Below are positions 24,612-38,393 of a stretch of DNA of 64,000 nt, one piece after another. The DNA comes from Ranitomeya imitator (Eukaryota), in assembly GCF_032444005.1 (NCBI RefSeq), contig NC_091282.1:665198001-665262000 (forward strand), written 5' to 3'. The position numbers and the translations under genes were made by a program. A model generated the notes under the pieces. It saw only the letters and a list, made by a program, of their open reading frames with translations, was not told the origin of the DNA and made no database searches. The stretch's first letter is position 1. Every line of letters begins with the position of its first letter.

Positions 24612-26213
24612 CAGTGGGGCAAAAAAGTATTTAGTCAGTCAGCAATAGTGCAAGTTCCACCACTTAAAAGATGAGAGGCGTCTGTAATTTACATCATAGG
24701 TAGACCTCAACTATGGGAGACAAACTGAGAAAAAAAAATCCAGAAAATCACATTGTCTGTTTTTTTAACATTTTATTTGCATATTATGGTGGAAAATAAG
24801 TATTTGGTCAGAAACAAAATTTCATCTCAATACTTTGTAATATATCCTTTGTTGGCAATGACAGAGGTCAAACGTTTTCTGTAAGTCTTCACAAGGTTGC
24901 CACACACTGTTGTTGGTATGTTGGCCCATTCCTAAATGCAGATCTCCTCTAGAGCAGTGATGTTTTTGGCTTTTCGCTTGGCAACACGGACTTTCAACTC
25001 CCTCCAAAGGTTTTCTATAGGGTTGAGATCTGGAGACTGGCTAGGCCACTCCAGGACCTTGAAATGCTTCTTACGAAGCCACTCCTTCGTTGCCCTGGCG
25101 GTGTGCTTTGGATCATTGTCATGTTGAAAGACCCAGCCACGTTTCATCTTCAATGCCCTTGCTGATGGAAGGAGGTTTGCACTCAAAATCTCACGATACA
25201 TGGCCCCATTCATTCTTTCATGTACCCGGATCAGTCGTCCTGGCCCCTTTGCAGAGAAACACCCTCAAAGCATGATGTTTCCACCACCATGCTTTACAGT
25301 AGGTATGGTGTTTGATGGATGCAACTCAGTATTCTTTTTCCTCCAAACACGACAAGTTGTGTTTCTACCAAACAGTTCCAGTTTGGTTTCATCAGACCAT
25401 AGGACATTCTCCCAAAACTCCTCTGGATCATCCAAATGCTCTCTAGCAAACTTCAGACGGGCCCGGACATGTACTGGCTTAAGCAGTGGGACACGTCTGG
25501 CACTGCAGGATCTGAGTCCATGGTGGCATAGTGTGTTACTTATGGTAGGCCTTGTTACATTGGTCCCAGCTCTCTGCAGTTCATTCACTAGGTCCCCCCA
25601 CGTGGTTCTGGGATTTTTGCTCACCGTTCTTGTGATCATTCTGACCCCACGGGGTGGGGTTTTGCGTGGAGCCCCAGATCGAGGGAGATTATCAGTGGTC
25701 TCGTATGTCTTCCATTTTCTAATTATTGCTCCCACTGTTGATTTCTTCACTCCAAGCTGGTTGGCTATTGCAGATTTAGTCTTCCCAGCCTGGTGCAGGG
25801 CTACAATTTTGTTTCTGGTGTCCTTTGACAGCTCTTTGGTCTTCACCATAGTGGAGTTTGGAGTCAGACTGTTTGAGGGTGTGCACAGGTGTCTTTTTAT
25901 ACTGATAACAAGTGTAAACAGGTGCCATTACTACAGGTAATGAGTGGAGGAAAGAGGAGACTCTTAAAGAAGAAGTTACAGGTCTGTGAGAGCCAGAAAT
26001 CTTGATTGTTTGTTTCTGACCAAATACTTATTTTCCACCATAATATGCAAATAAAATGTTAAAAAAACAGACAATGTGATTTTCTGGATTTTTTTTTCTC
26101 AGTTTGTCTCCCATAGTTGAGGTCTACCTATGATGTAAATTACAGACGCCTCTCATCTTTTTAAGTGGTGGAACTTGCACTATTGCTGACTGACTAAATA
26201 CTTTTTTGCCCCA

Positions 26214-26216
<3 letters not shown>
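24612..26216 (-). mobile_element. Tc1 DD34E transposon (family B, long TIRs), inactivated
   Basis: TA-CAGTGGGGCAAAAAAGTATTTAGTC ends with TA TSD. Transposase is split by nonsense codons (TGA at 25265, TAG at 24932); near-identical to 46904-48512. Confidence 0.93.

Positions 26217-26258
<42 letters not shown>
26217..26258. repeat. (TA)n microsatellite
   Basis: TA run directly at the Tc1 end. Confidence 0.9.
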
Positions 26259-26284
26259 CACTATATACAGTATGTGTGTATGTA

Positions 26285-27819
26285 CAGTACTGGGAAAAGG
26301 TTTAGATACAGCCATTCATGCAATGATTTTCCTTGATCTTATTGGAATGTGCTCATTGCAATTTCAGACTGAAGGTAGCAAAACCTAAAAGGTATGCAAC
26401 TGAATAAATAAAGAAACACATGTGAAACGAACCAGGATATGTGTTAAACCTTAGATTTCCTAAAGTAACCCCCCCTTTTATGCTTTACACAACATTGTAT
26501 TCTCTCGAGCAGTTTCGTCACCATTGATGGCTTCCACTGAGAAGGTATGTCTTGTCTAGAGTTGATTTGTGGAATCACTGGCCATCAGAAGTGTTTGCAA
26601 CCATCAGGTTTGTTTTGCAGAGATAGTGATGGTACAGAGTTCCAGGTCTAAGCCCTATTCCACATCTGTTTTAAGCTAGCATATGGCAAGAACCACTCAA
26701 CTAAGTAAAGAGAAGTGACAGTCCATTATTAGTTTTAGACATGAAGGTCTGTCAATCTGGAAATTTGCTAGAACCTTGAAGGTATCCTCAACTGTAGTCA
26801 TGAAAAACATCAATTGTTGTGATGAAACTTGTTCTCATGAGGACCGCCCCCAGAAAGTAAGACAATGAATTTCCTCTCCTGTGGAGGATAAGTTCATCAG
26901 CGTTACCAGTATCAGAAACTTCAAATTGACAGCACCTCAGATAAAAGCCTTCATAAATAATGCACAGACATCAAGTAACAAACATATCTCAACATTAACC
27001 GTTCAGAGGAGTCATCGAGAATCAGGCCTTTATTGTCGAATTTCTGCAAAGCCACGACTGAGGACCGCAAACGAGAAGTGACTTTTTTTGGCCAAACAAC
27101 ACGTTAAATGAGTGTAAATCTGTACTGAGGTAATATTTGTGAGACGCAGAAACAGTCAGCAGATGGTTTCTACAAGTGGTGCCCGCCATGAAGCATGGAG
27201 AGGGAGGTGTAATCGCGTGCAGGCACTTGGCTAATGACACTTTTGGTGATTTATTCCATATTTAGGTCCCATTTACCCAACATGGCTACCACATCATTGT
27301 TCAATGACATGCCATCACATATGGTTTGGACTTTGTGGGCCCATCATTTGAATTGCAATGGGCCAATGACTTAGAAGAGAACAAAACCATGTAAGGGCAA
27401 TGTGACCAAGAAGGAGATGGATGGTGGGTGCTTCAAATTTCATGACCTTCAAAATACGCACCCACCTCAACCCTATTGAAGTTTGGGATATATAGGATAC
27501 AGAGTGAAGAGAAAGCAGCCAACAAGTGCTCAGCACCTCTGGGGACTCCTTCAAGACTGTTGGAAGCTAGTCCACGTGACCACCTGATAAAGATGTTTGA
27601 GAGAATGACAAAGGGGCTGTAAATTTGTCATCTGCGTAAATAAAGGGTATGAATCAAAGGCTTCTGTTTTGTTTCAGACGTGTTTCTTTACTCCTTGTTT
27701 CCATATGTGTTCCTTTGTGGTTTTGCTGCCTAAAGTCTGAATTTATAATATACACCTTCCAATGAGAACAAGGAAAATCAATGCATAAATAGGAGTGTCC
27801 AAACTTTTGACTGGTATTG
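26285..27819 (+). mobile_element. Old degraded Tc1 transposon
   Basis: Diverged TIRs (CAGTACTGGGAAAAGGTTTAGATAC vs GTGTCCAAACTTTTGACTGGTATTG), TA flanks, MARTTQLSKEK* start, KHGEG and P..NPIE remnants. Confidence 0.75.
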
Positions 27820-29257
27820 TATATACAGTAAATGTGTATGTATAACATGTCTATAGACACAAATATGAGTACAAACCATATATAAATATAAAAAAAATGC
27901 ACAAAACAAGGTACCAACCTACAATCTTGTTGGAAAGAAAAGTACAAGATAGTAATGAGATAAAGTGTATAGATAACCTAATTGATTTATAAAATACATA
28001 GGAAGTGTACCAAAATAAAATAATAAGATGAAATAAAATTAAATAAAAATAAATATTAAGATTAAATAGATAGAAAAAAACAGTCCTGTATTTCCCATGG
28101 ATATTGCTGTTGATTGGCCGATTGACATGTTTTTATGCCCACCATGTACATTTTCGTACCTAGAGGCTTTGTCTCCACAAGCAGTGAAGTTGTAAAAGAG
28201 GTTCTGAAATATGAAAGCGGATACATTATAATCACATCTATAAAAATCCTATAAAATTCACATAGCAGTAATTTTAAGGCTATAAGAAGGTGACTGGTGC
28301 CAGATGGATTGTGAATGTGCTCCACATATTGTGGATTTTAGAAGTGACATTTTGTATATATATACTGGCTGGTGGCCAAGTTCCTCAACATTGGAGGAAT
28401 TGTATATATAAGGAAATTTTCTGCTTAATGCTTTTGTAAATTATGTTTCCATAACTATAGACTTGCTAAGCCTGGTCATGTAATTCTTCTCTGTCTGGAG
28501 CTGTTGCATAGATATGTTCCCCAGTTGTACCACGAGTTATATTTTTTCACCAATAATAACATGTATATTTTTCTCCTCATTTTTACTGACAAAACGTTTG
28601 TGTTTGCTGTAGAAAAATCTGCTGCAAATACTCAGCGTGTGCACATACTCTTACTGTTGAGCAAAAATACTGTAGAGGACCTTAAGACCAGTGGCCACCT
28701 CCGTATAGAGCCCTATGGATCTCCTCCTACTAACGGGCATTCCTGGTGCCTCTTCTGGAAGCTCAGTATGACAGCATGACACCTAATAATTAGAAAAGGC
28801 ATCGGGATGCTGGCAGGTTGAGGAGGCATTCAGGTAGTCATCTGGTTTGTAGCCGCTTGACCAGGACACTGCGAATGCTTTTGCTCAACTCTAACCACCT
28901 TGATTCTTTTTGGGTGCTTCATGGAGGATCGATAATTTCATAATTTTCTCTATTGGGCAGTACAATTTACAATGTAAGGCCGGAGTCACACTAGCGTTGA
29001 ATACAGACGAGTGCTATGTGAGAAAACATTGCATAGCACTTGGACCAATGTTAAGCTATGGGCTATCGTCTGAGTCTCGCCAATGCAAGTCTGTGGGTGC
29101 GAGAAAAAAATCGGACACCACATGGACCATCAGTGTGACTTGCGACAAAATACGCACACATTTGACTCATTTCAGCCCAATGAACCATTAAATTCACTGG
29201 AGAAAAGCAGTGAAAAATGTAAAGCCATATGGAATCTATACGGATGTCATACAGATA

Positions 29258-30909
29258 CAGTTAGGGCCAGAAATATTTGGATAGTGACACAAGTTTTGTT
29301 ATTTTAGCTGTTTACAAAAACATGTTCAGAAATACAATTATATATATAATATGGGCTGAAAGTGCACACTCCCAGCTGCAATATGATAGTTTCCACATCC
29401 AAATCGGAGAAAGGGTTTAGGAATCATAGCTCTGTAATGCATAGCGTCCTCTTTTTCAAGGGACCAAAAGTAATTGGACAATGGACTCTAAGGGCTGCAA
29501 TTAACTCTGAAGGCGTCTCCCTCGTTAACCTGTAATCAATGAAGTAGTTAAAAGGTCAGGGGTGGATTCCAGGTGTGTGGTTTTGCATTTGGAAGCTGTT
29601 GCTGTGAGCAGACAACATGCGGTCAAAGGAACTCTCAATTGAGGTGAAGCAGAACATCCTGAGGCTGAAAAAAAAGAAAAAATCCATCAGAGAGATAGCA
29701 GACATGCTTGGAGTAGCAAAATCAACAGTTGGGTACATTCTGAGAAAAAAGGAATTGACTGGTGAGCTTGGGAACTCAAAAAGGCCTGGGCGTCCACGGA
29801 TGACAACAGTGGTGGATGATCGCCGCATACTTAATTTGGTGAAGAAGAACCCGTTCACAACATCAACTGAAGTCCAGAACACTCTCAGTGAAGTAGGTGT
29901 ATCTGTCTCTAAGTCAACAGTAAAGAGAAGACTCCATGACAGTAAATACAAAGGGTTCACATCTAGATGCAAACCATTCATCAATACCAAAAATAGACAG
30001 GCCAGAGTTAAATTTGCAGAAAAACACCTCAAGAAGCCAGCTCAGTTCTGGAAAAGTATTCTATGGACAGATGAGACAAAGATCTACCTGTACCAGAATG
30101 ATGGGAAGAAAAAAGTTTGGAGAAGAAAGGGAACGGCACATGATCCAAGGCACACCACATCCTCTGTAAAACATGGTGGAGGCAACGTGATGGCATGGGC
30201 ATGCATGGCTTTCAATGGCACTGGGTCACTTGTGTTTATTGATGACATAAGAGCAGACAAGAGTAGCCGGATGAATTCTGAAGTGTACCGGGATATACTT
30301 TCAGCCCAGATTCAGCCAAATGCTGCAAAGTTGATTGGACGGCGCTTCATAGTACAGATGGACAATGACCCCAAGCATACATCCAAAGCTACCCAGGAGT
30401 TCATGAGTGCCAAAAAGTGGAACATTCTGCAATGGCCAAGTCAATCTCCAGATCTAAACCCAATTGAGCATGCATTTCACTTGCTCAAATCCAGACTTAA
30501 GACGGAAAGACCCACAAACAAGCAAGACCTGAAGGCTGCGGCTGTAAAGGCCTGGCAAAGCATTAAGAAGGAGGAAACCCAGCGTTTTGTGATGTCCATG
30601 GGTTCCAGACTTAAGGCAGTGATTGCCTCCAAAGGATTTGCAACAAAATATTGAAAATAAAAATATTTTGTTTGGGTTATGTTTATTTGTCCAATTACTT
30701 TTGACCTCCTAAAATGTGGAGTGTTTGTAAAGAAATGTGTACAATTCCTACATTTTCTATCAGATATTTGTGTTCAACCCTTCAAATTAAACAGTACAAT
30801 CTGCACTTGAATTCTGTTGTAGAGGTTTCATTTCAGATCCAATGTGGTGGCATGCAGAGCCCAACTCGCGAAAATTGTGTAACTGTCCAAATATTTCTGG
30901 CCCTAACTG
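29258..30909 (+). mobile_element. Full-length Tc1 transposon (family A)
   Basis: TIR CAGTTAGGGCCAGAAATATTTGGA, TA TSD, 1652 bp. Confidence 0.95.
29617..30654 (+). CDS. Intact Tc1 DD34E transposase (345 aa)
   Basis: Paired-like HTH, GRPR, WTDETK, MDND-34aa-[13 protein letters not shown]. Confidence 0.95.
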   Translation: MRSKELSIEVKQNILRLKKKKKSIREIADMLGVAKSTVGYILRKKELTGELGNSKRPGRPRMTTVVDDRRILNLVKKNPFTTSTEVQNTLSEVGVSVSKSTVKRRLHDSKYKGFTSRCKPFINTKNRQARVKFAEKHLKKPAQFWKSILWTDETKIYLYQNDGKKKVWRRKGTAHDPRHTTSSVKHGGGNVMAWACMAFNGTGSLVFIDDIRADKSSRMNSEVYRDILSAQIQPNAAKLIGRRFIVQMDNDPKHTSKATQEFMSAKKWNILQWPSQSPDLNPIEHAFHLLKSRLKTERPTNKQDLKAAAVKAWQSIKKEETQRFVMSMGSRLKAVIASKGFATKY

Positions 30910-31639
30910 TACATAGGTGCGAGGAAATCGCATCATCGCATTTCTAACGCATTACACACGGATGACAACGCGGAGAACATTTGTGCGACTCTCGGCTGGG
31001 AGATTCGGACCGATTTTTCATATGTTAAGTGTGACGTCGGCCTAAGTAAGAGGCTTTTTCGTCCGTGCTCTAATTAGGCAGTGACCCAAAAAAGTTCAAC
31101 ATAAACGTCTTTATTTTCAAACTCACATACAGAACTGTAATCCTCTGGTTCGCGGACGGAATGTTCGTATCAGTCTGTTGCCGTGGATGTCTGCACCACT
31201 GTATCAATTGGTGCGTCAGTGGTTTTGCTTTCTCTGGCTCTGACCCATGTTCAGCTTCACATAGACCTGTCCTGCTCCGCTACTTGCAAACCAAAAACTG
31301 AAAGTTTAAATGGAAATTGTGGACATGGGCCACTCCCACGATCTGGAGTGGAGGAAGAAATCCATCCCACTACCAATCCTACAGATCTCTAAAAAAATAG
31401 AAGCCCATGTGATGTTTTTTAAATGTGACTTGGTCAAATTGTTTGACCAAATCCACACTCGCCTTTATTTTGCATTGTAACCACATCTGTGGCTGTAATC
31501 ACAAGGTTCTCCAGCGGGTTCAGTATATTTCTATGTACATCCTGGAGGCTACATAACAAACCTCATATAGGATTCCCCTCACTGCCTCATAACAGCTAAA
31601 CAAATATGTGTCCAGTGATTAGGAGACACTTATTTAAAT

Positions 31640-31830
31640 AAGTATTGCAGGTTCTTCTCCTGCACATATTTCAAGTTTGTCCCTTTTTTGCACTGATGAT
31701 TGGTAAACACCTCGAAACATGTGTCTGCAAATGGCTTTTTATCCTAAGTCAAGTGACAAGGCCCTTTGAAGAGTTGATAGTGACTTTTAGGATTGCTACT
31801 GCCAATAGGTGGTGCTAGGGATTCTCTCTG
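31640..31830 (+). mobile_element. Short hammerhead-bearing repeat, copy 2
   Basis: Hammerhead motif followed by the GTGACTTTTAGGATTGCTACT.CCAATAGGTGG tail. Boundaries are approximate. Confidence 0.55.
31687..31731 (+). ncRNA. Minimal type I hammerhead ribozyme motif (canonical core)
   Basis: TTTGCA CTGATGA tt-GGT-AAAC-ACC-tc GAAAC ATGT GTC TGCAAA: 6-bp helix I, canonical core, GUC triplet; the base of helix II is mismatched. Confidence 0.65.
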
Positions 31831-32310
31831 TAGAGGCTATTTGATTATTTTCCAGGGCATCATTGTATGGCTTATAATTCGCCATATGCCAATTGGGCAC
31901 TCTCCACAAGGAAAAACTTTACCCCTTAGACTTAAGGTGAAGAAGAACCTATAGTTCCACAAAATTATGTCTCTACCTCAAATGCTCTGGAATATGATGG
32001 TTGTATTTAAATAAGCAAAATATATTGAAAAAAAAACCCTCGGGGTATTAAACTCTCAGTGTTAGACCAAGACACGAGCTGCCAAACAGGGCCAAAAATG
32101 CTACTGTAATAAACCCATGTGAAACTGGCACTATTTCTAGGTTTCCAGATTCCTGTTGAATGAGAGGTCTTCATAGGAGGGACACTTAATGATCAGATTA
32201 TTTTTAAAGTGTACCTGTTATTTGGATGCAAATGTAACATAATTGAGGAATCCTATGCAGCACATGATACCTGTTCTATTCTTTCACTGTTTGATCCTCC
32301 AAGCACGGGC

Positions 32311-32545
32311 AGCCTTGCAGCGCTGGAGTCCTGGGTTCAAGCCCCACGAAGGACAACATCTGCAAAGAGTTTGTATGTTCTCTCCGTGTTTGCGTGGGTT
32401 TCCTCCGGGTTCTCTGGTTTCCTCCCACATTCCAAAGACATTCTGATAAGAATTTAGATTGTGAGCCCCAACGGGGACAGCGATGATAATGTGTGCAACC
32501 TGCGGAATATGTTAGCGCTATATAAAAATAAAGATTATTATTAAG
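32311..32545 (+). mobile_element. 5'-truncated tRNA-derived V-SINE
   Basis: B-box GGTTCAAGCC, V-domain GAGTTTGTATGTTCTC...GGTTTCCTCCCAC, (TTA)n tail. Confidence 0.85.
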
Positions 32546-32779
32546 ATTATTAGCACACATAGAGATTATAGGGCCCTAAAGCAAAAGTTCTAGTTAGGCC
32601 CTCCAAAAAAGAGTACCAGTGTGTATATGTATGTGTCTATAGTGGGTATATACATGTATATATATTTGGTGGGGTTATTCATTCTAACTTTTATAAACCA
32701 GGGGAAGGACAGGAACGTATTATGGCCCATACACGGGAATTATGTAACCAATGGAAATCCCTTAGTGTTTCCTTCAGAA

Positions 32780-33490
32780 ATATCCCTGTAATGACCTTTA
32801 CAGAATATGATGCTTCAAAAATGCCCCCACATATACACACTCTGAGCATTGTATCCCCAAAGTGCACCCCTATAGTATGATGTCCCCAAGGTCTACTCAA
32901 CACACACACACACGTCATGGCCCCTACACAGTATGATGGCCCATCAGTATGATGCCCCACAGTTACCCTAGTCATTTTTGGGGGCCCAATAGTCCCCTAC
33001 TCAGTATGAGGGCCCCCACAGCACCCTACTCAGATTGAGGGTCCCTCACAGATTCCAAGTCAATATGGGACACTCACAGTCCACCACAGTCACTCAGTCA
33101 GTAAAATATCCCCACCTGCTCACTCTCCACATTGTATTATGGCCACCGCCAGAAATCCACTTCAGTATAATGCCTCCACCGCCCCTAACTCGGTGTTAAA
33201 GCCCTCATCAGCCCCCACGCAGTATTATGACCTATATCAGCCCCCCACTCAGTATTATGATCCCCACCAAACTCTCAGTCAGCATTATGGCCTCCATCAG
33301 CCATCCACTCAGTATTATTGCCCCCAACAGTTCCTTACTCAGTATAATTGCCCCCATTTATTATGATTTGCCTCCACCAGGCCCCATTTAGCATGATTGA
33401 CATTTACCAGTCCCTCATCCAGTATAATTTGCCACCAACAGCCACCTATTCAGTAAAATTGATCCTCACCAGCCCCCATTTAGAATGATG
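32780..33490. repeat. Degenerate ~30-bp minisatellite (CCCCACTCAGTATTATG-type)
   Basis: Recurrent CAGTAT(A/T)ATG..CCCCC motif; related to 62615-63310. Confidence 0.7.
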
Positions 33491-33879
33491 GCCTCAACAA
33501 TTACTGGCATTAAAAAACAAAGCAAAACACTACTCACCTCGCCCCATTCCCCCGCACATAGTTCCGGTCTGCAGTGTAAGTATTGAGGCTTCAGCACTGG
33601 AGGCATGATGTAATAACGTTGTCACGCCTGCAGTGCATGGAGTCTCAGACTCACCGGTGCACGCTGAATCTCTTAATCTGTACTGCGGATCACCATTCTG
33701 TTTAATGATTTCTACATCCTGAGATACTGCTGAAATTGTGATTATGTGGGAGGAGAGGGGCAGCGCCAAGCAATGCTGGCTATGGGTGGTACGCTCCTGC
33801 CTCCAAATTGTTCTTATACCTCCCCCAGCTGTTCTATACATTGAGGCTTTTACTGTACTAGTTATGAAGTTTAAGTCTG

Positions 33880-34085
33880 ATATATCAGAGCTGGAACAAC
33901 GGCAACTGATGTAGCAGAGATGGAACAGTTTGACTGATGTAACAGAGCTGGAACAGTGTGAAGTTATATAGCAGTGTTGACTGATGTAGACACAGCTGGA
34001 ACAGCATTGATCAATGTAGCAGAGCTGGAATGGCATTCAGTGATGTAGCAGACAAGTCTGAGTGTCAGAGCTGGATCAGTAGCAT
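33880..34085. repeat. Degenerate ~28-bp minisatellite
   Basis: Recurrent CTGATGTAGCAGAGCTGGAACAG. Confidence 0.7.
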
Positions 34086-35166
34086 TAGTGGACACCCCAG
34101 AACCAAATAGTCCCTGATCTGACAGGTTGAGATCACAGGAGCCTGTAGAATTGCTGCACAGGAACAGAGAGATTCTGCTGAAGGGGAAAGAGGATCCAGC
34201 ACATGGCACAGGAGCCAAGAGGGGTAACAGGAGGACTCCCAATTGTTGCCATATTTGCACTATAATTTTCAACTTTCCTAACTAGTTTTGAAAATTACCA
34301 AGTAAGTGGGCATGATTTACTGGGGATGGGTGTCGTTGCTGTCTTTCTGACATACAAAGTTTAATAAGATGTCTATCTATACATGTAATCTTGTACACAT
34401 GAAACATAGAGCAAAAACCAGTGGGAAATATAAGTTGCAGGGGCTGTTTGTGAGGGAGCACATCTGTAACACAGCTTTCCCACTGCATTAATGCAAAAGT
34501 GGAAGAATGAATAGGAAAATTACTCTGCTGATCTGGTATATAAAAACAAGGAGGGAAAAGGAATAAAGGTGAGGAGGAAAGACGTTCGAGACAAGTCTGG
34601 GGGGAGCAGAGTACATTAGTGTTGCACTGCTTATCTGCTATGGAAAGTGAGGAATACATTGGACATAACAAGTGAATGATGAAACAATCGTAGGCATGAT
34701 GAAAGTCCAGCAGTTCTCCACCTGTGCGCAGCACTGAGGCTCCTGTAACACTGTGTGAGACTAGTTTCACACAACTGTATTTCTGGAAAAGACGGACAGC
34801 ATTTAGACCAATGTTATTAAATGGGGCAGTGCAAATGAGCGTTTTTCTTCACGGACTGAATCTGTGTGTGAAAAAGTCGCGGCATGCACTAGTTTCTATC
34901 ACATGTCGGATAAGACTCGTCTAATCAAGGCTATGTGTTCACAACCCCCTTCCCGCCTCCCCCCCCAGATAATCCGTATAGAATCTATTTTTTTTAGATA
35001 CATTGAGATTCTGTCACACAGAAAACTGTAAATGACCTTGTACATTATTAATAGCTGCTGTGATACAAAAACGGATTGCACATGGATGACAAGTGAGGAA
35101 AAAAGTATCCTGGATGAAACTTTGATGATTTTTTTATACACTTGTCTGACCGTAGCGTTAGAAGTA

Positions 35167-35361
35167 GGCCAGTGTCACACTTGCAAGTGCAATGCAAGAA
35201 ACTTGTGCATCAATACCCGGCACTGCCGCCAGCACTCAGGACCGGAGTGTTCAGCTGCATGTATTTCTATGCAGCTGAACACTCCGGACCTGAGTGCTGG
35301 CGGCAGATGCGAAAGACTTGAGCGAGTTTCTCACATAGTACTCACAAGTGTGACACCAGGA
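35167..35361. mobile_element. Palindromic Harbinger-type MITE
   Basis: GGCCAGTGTCACACTTG / CAAGTGTGACACC termini; central perfect stem GGAGTGTTCAGCTGCAT/ATGCAGCTGAACACTCC. Confidence 0.7.
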
Positions 35362-36209
35362 TTAAGATAAGGCTTAGGAGACCATAATCCCACTTGCTAT
35401 ATTCTCCTGCCTGTCTGTAACTATGGACAGATTTGTCTCGACAACAGGCAGTGGACAGCAAGTTGCTCAGAAATAAGACAACTAGTGGCCGTGGCTTTAG
35501 AGTCATTTTTCACAACATTTTTGGTAATTAATGTTTGTTTCACTTTTGATAGTGTCTACATTGGTGACCTAACAAGAAAAAGTTTGTTGAAACGACAACC
35601 ATTTAAGGGACCTAGATTGTCCAAAGTCATCAATCCCTGTCACGGTTTTATACTGGAATCTTATTTATCAGTATAATTTTATTAAATCATTCAATGTAAT
35701 AAGGTCTCCTATTATTATAGGAGCATTTTCAGTCTTTTTCTACCACTTATGAACATATAAGTATTACAGGTCTTCCTACAATTGTTAGTGCCACCTTCCT
35801 TGCAGACTGCACAGTTCTCCTCTTCTGAAAATGTCACTTGATGGAGAAGCATTTCACCAGACCTGTCCACTTCAAAAAACAGCTTTCCAGCTTCATTTGA
35901 GGGTTTTCTCTGAATCTGACGAGGTTGATCTCCTCCCTCGAACTAAAGCTCTGTCCAATAATACTTACAAGGATAGACATACCGCATGTGAAGTCGGTGC
36001 GGCTGCACTGGGGTCCAGAGGTGGAGGGGGCCCCTGCAGGGTGGCTAATAATGATGGCAATCTGGCCTGTTTACCTGGCCCTGAGGCTCTGGGGGGCCCC
36101 TCACCAGATTGCCCTCATGTGCGTCCCTTAATATATAGTGTACTTACTTATAATGTATAACACAGTCCCTTAGTATATAGTGTACTCACATTATGTACTG
36201 TATCCTTAG

Positions 36210-36517
36210 TAGTGATGAGCGAGTGTACTCGTTGCTTGGGTTTTCCCGAGCACGCTCGGGTGACCTCTGAGTATTTATGACTGGAGATTTAGTTTTCATT
36301 GCGGCAGCTGAATGATTTACAGCTAGTAGCCTGCCTAAGTATATGTAGGCGTTGCCTGTTTGCTAGGGAATCCCCACATGTAATCAAGCAGACTAGTAGA
36401 TGTAAATCATTCAGCTGCCAGGATGAAAACCAAATCTCCGAGCAGTCATAAATACTCGGAGGTCACCCGAGCGTGCTCGGAGAAAACCCGAGCAACGAGT
36501 ACACTCGCTCATCACTA
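36210..36517. mobile_element. hAT-type MITE
   Basis: TIR TAGTGATGAGCGAGTGTACTCGTTGC; perfect 8-bp TSD ATCCTTAG (36202-36209, 36518-36525). Confidence 0.92.
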
Positions 36518-36813
36518 ATCCTTAGCTACATAGTTTCCTTTTGTATGTATAACAGTGTCCCTTATTACGTATTCTCCGCTTTAGATATATATGATGCCGT
36601 GCCTTATGATATAGCTTCCTCTGCTGTTATGTACAGTGCTGTCTCTTACATAGTGTATTCTTATTATTTTTGTTATTCACAGCGCCCTGTTTTATTACAT
36701 AGTCCACTCTCTTGTTAAATATAAAATGACTGCTGATGGGGGAGCCAGAGACCAGACTACCAGTCCATCAGCTCCTCTATTAGAAAAGAAGCTTTATAAG
36801 GGACGGCAATATA

Positions 36814-38393
36814 CACTGTTCAAAAAAATAAAGGGAACACTTAAACAACAGAATATAACTCCAAGTAAATCAAACTTCTGTGAAATCAAACTGTCCACTT
36901 AGGAAGCAACACTGTTTGACAATCAATTTCACATGCTGTTGTGCAAATGGAATAGACAACAGATGGAAATTATTGCCAAAAATCAAGACACACTCAATAA
37001 AGGAGTGGTTCTGCAGGTGGCAACCACAGACCACATCTCAGTACCAATGCTTTCTGGCTGATGTTTTGGTCACTTTTGAATGTTGGTTGTGCTTTCACAC
37101 TCGTGGTAGCATGAGATGGACTCTACAACCCACACAATTGGCTCAGGTAGTGCAGCTCATCCAGGATGGCACATCAATGTGAGCTGTGGCAAGAAGGTTT
37201 GCTGTGTCTGTCAGCGTAGTGTCCAGAGGCTGGAGGCGCTACCAGGAGACAGACCAGTACACAAGGAGATGTGGATAGGGCCATAGGAGGGCAACAACCC
37301 ACAAGCAGGACCGCTACCTCAGCCTTTGTGCAAGGAGGAACAAGAGGAGCACTGCCAGAGCCCTACAAAATGACCTCCAGCAGGCCACAAATGTGCATGT
37401 GTCTGCATAAACGGTTAGAAACTGACTCCATGAGGATGGTCTGAGTGCCCGATGTCCACAGATGGGGGTTGTGTTCACAGCCCAATACTGTGCAGGACGA
37501 TTGCAATTTGCCACAGAGCAACAGGATTGGAAAATTCGCCACTGGCTCCCTGTGCTCTTCACAGATGAAAGCAGGTTCACACTGAGAACATGTGGCAGAC
37601 GTGACAGAGTCTGGAGACGCCGTGGAGAGCTATCTGCTGCTTGCAACATCCTTCAACATGACCTGTTTGGCAGTGGGTCAGTAATGGTGTGGGGTGGCAT
37701 TTCTTTGGAGGGCCTCACAGCCCTCCATGTGCTCACCAGAGGTAGCCTGACTGCTATTAGGTACCGAGATGAGTTCCTCAGAGCCCTTGTGAGACTATAT
37801 GCTGGTGCTGTTAGCCCTGGGTTTCTTCTAATGCAGGACAATGCCAGACCTCATGTGGCTGGAGTGTGTCAGCAGTTCCTGCAAGATGAAGGCATTGAAG
37901 CTATGGACTGGCCCGCCCGTTCCCCAGACCTGAATCCGATTGAACACATCTGGGAAATCATGTCTCGCACCATCCACCAACGTCACGTTGCACCACAGAC
38001 TGTCCAGGAGTTGGTGAATGCTTTAGTCCAGGTCTGGAAGGAGATCCCTCAGGATACCATCTGCCGCCTCATCAGGAGCATGCCCAGGCATTGTAGGGAG
38101 GTCATACAGGCACATGGAGGCAACACACATAACTGAACATCATTTCCTTGTCTTGAGGCATTTCCACTGAAGTTGGATCAGCCTGTAATTTGATTTTCCA
38201 CTTTGATTTTGAGCATCATTCCAAATCCAGACCTCTATGGGATATTCATTTTGATTTACATTGATCATTTTTATGTTTTATTGTTCTCAACACATTCCAC
38301 TATGTAATGAATAAAGATTTGCAATTGAAAGATTTAATTCAGTGATATTTAGGATGTGGGACTTTAGTGTTCCCTTTATTTTTTTGAGCAGTG
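36814..38393 (+). mobile_element. Tc1 transposon (third family), disrupted
   Basis: TIR CACTG(T/C)TCAAAAAAATAAAGGGAACACT, TA TSD; catalytic half is open (37462-38136: FTDESRF, QDNA-34aa-E); N-terminal half has stops. Confidence 0.9.

Larger units (their letters stand above)
28978..31042. mobile_element. Harbinger-type MITE hosting a nested Tc1
   Basis: TAA-GGCCGGAGTCACAC ... GTGTGACGTCGGCC-TAA. Confidence 0.8.
32304..33799. mobile_element. Non-autonomous hAT-like element with internal tandem repeats
   Basis: 8-bp flanks CCTCCAAG / CCTCCAAA; right end GGTACGCTCCTG; left TIR appears split by a SINE. Confidence 0.5.

Noticed and set aside
33964-34272. 102-aa ORF with a signal-peptide-like start
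   Set aside because: It runs into a degenerate minisatellite and has no recognisable domain or splice support.
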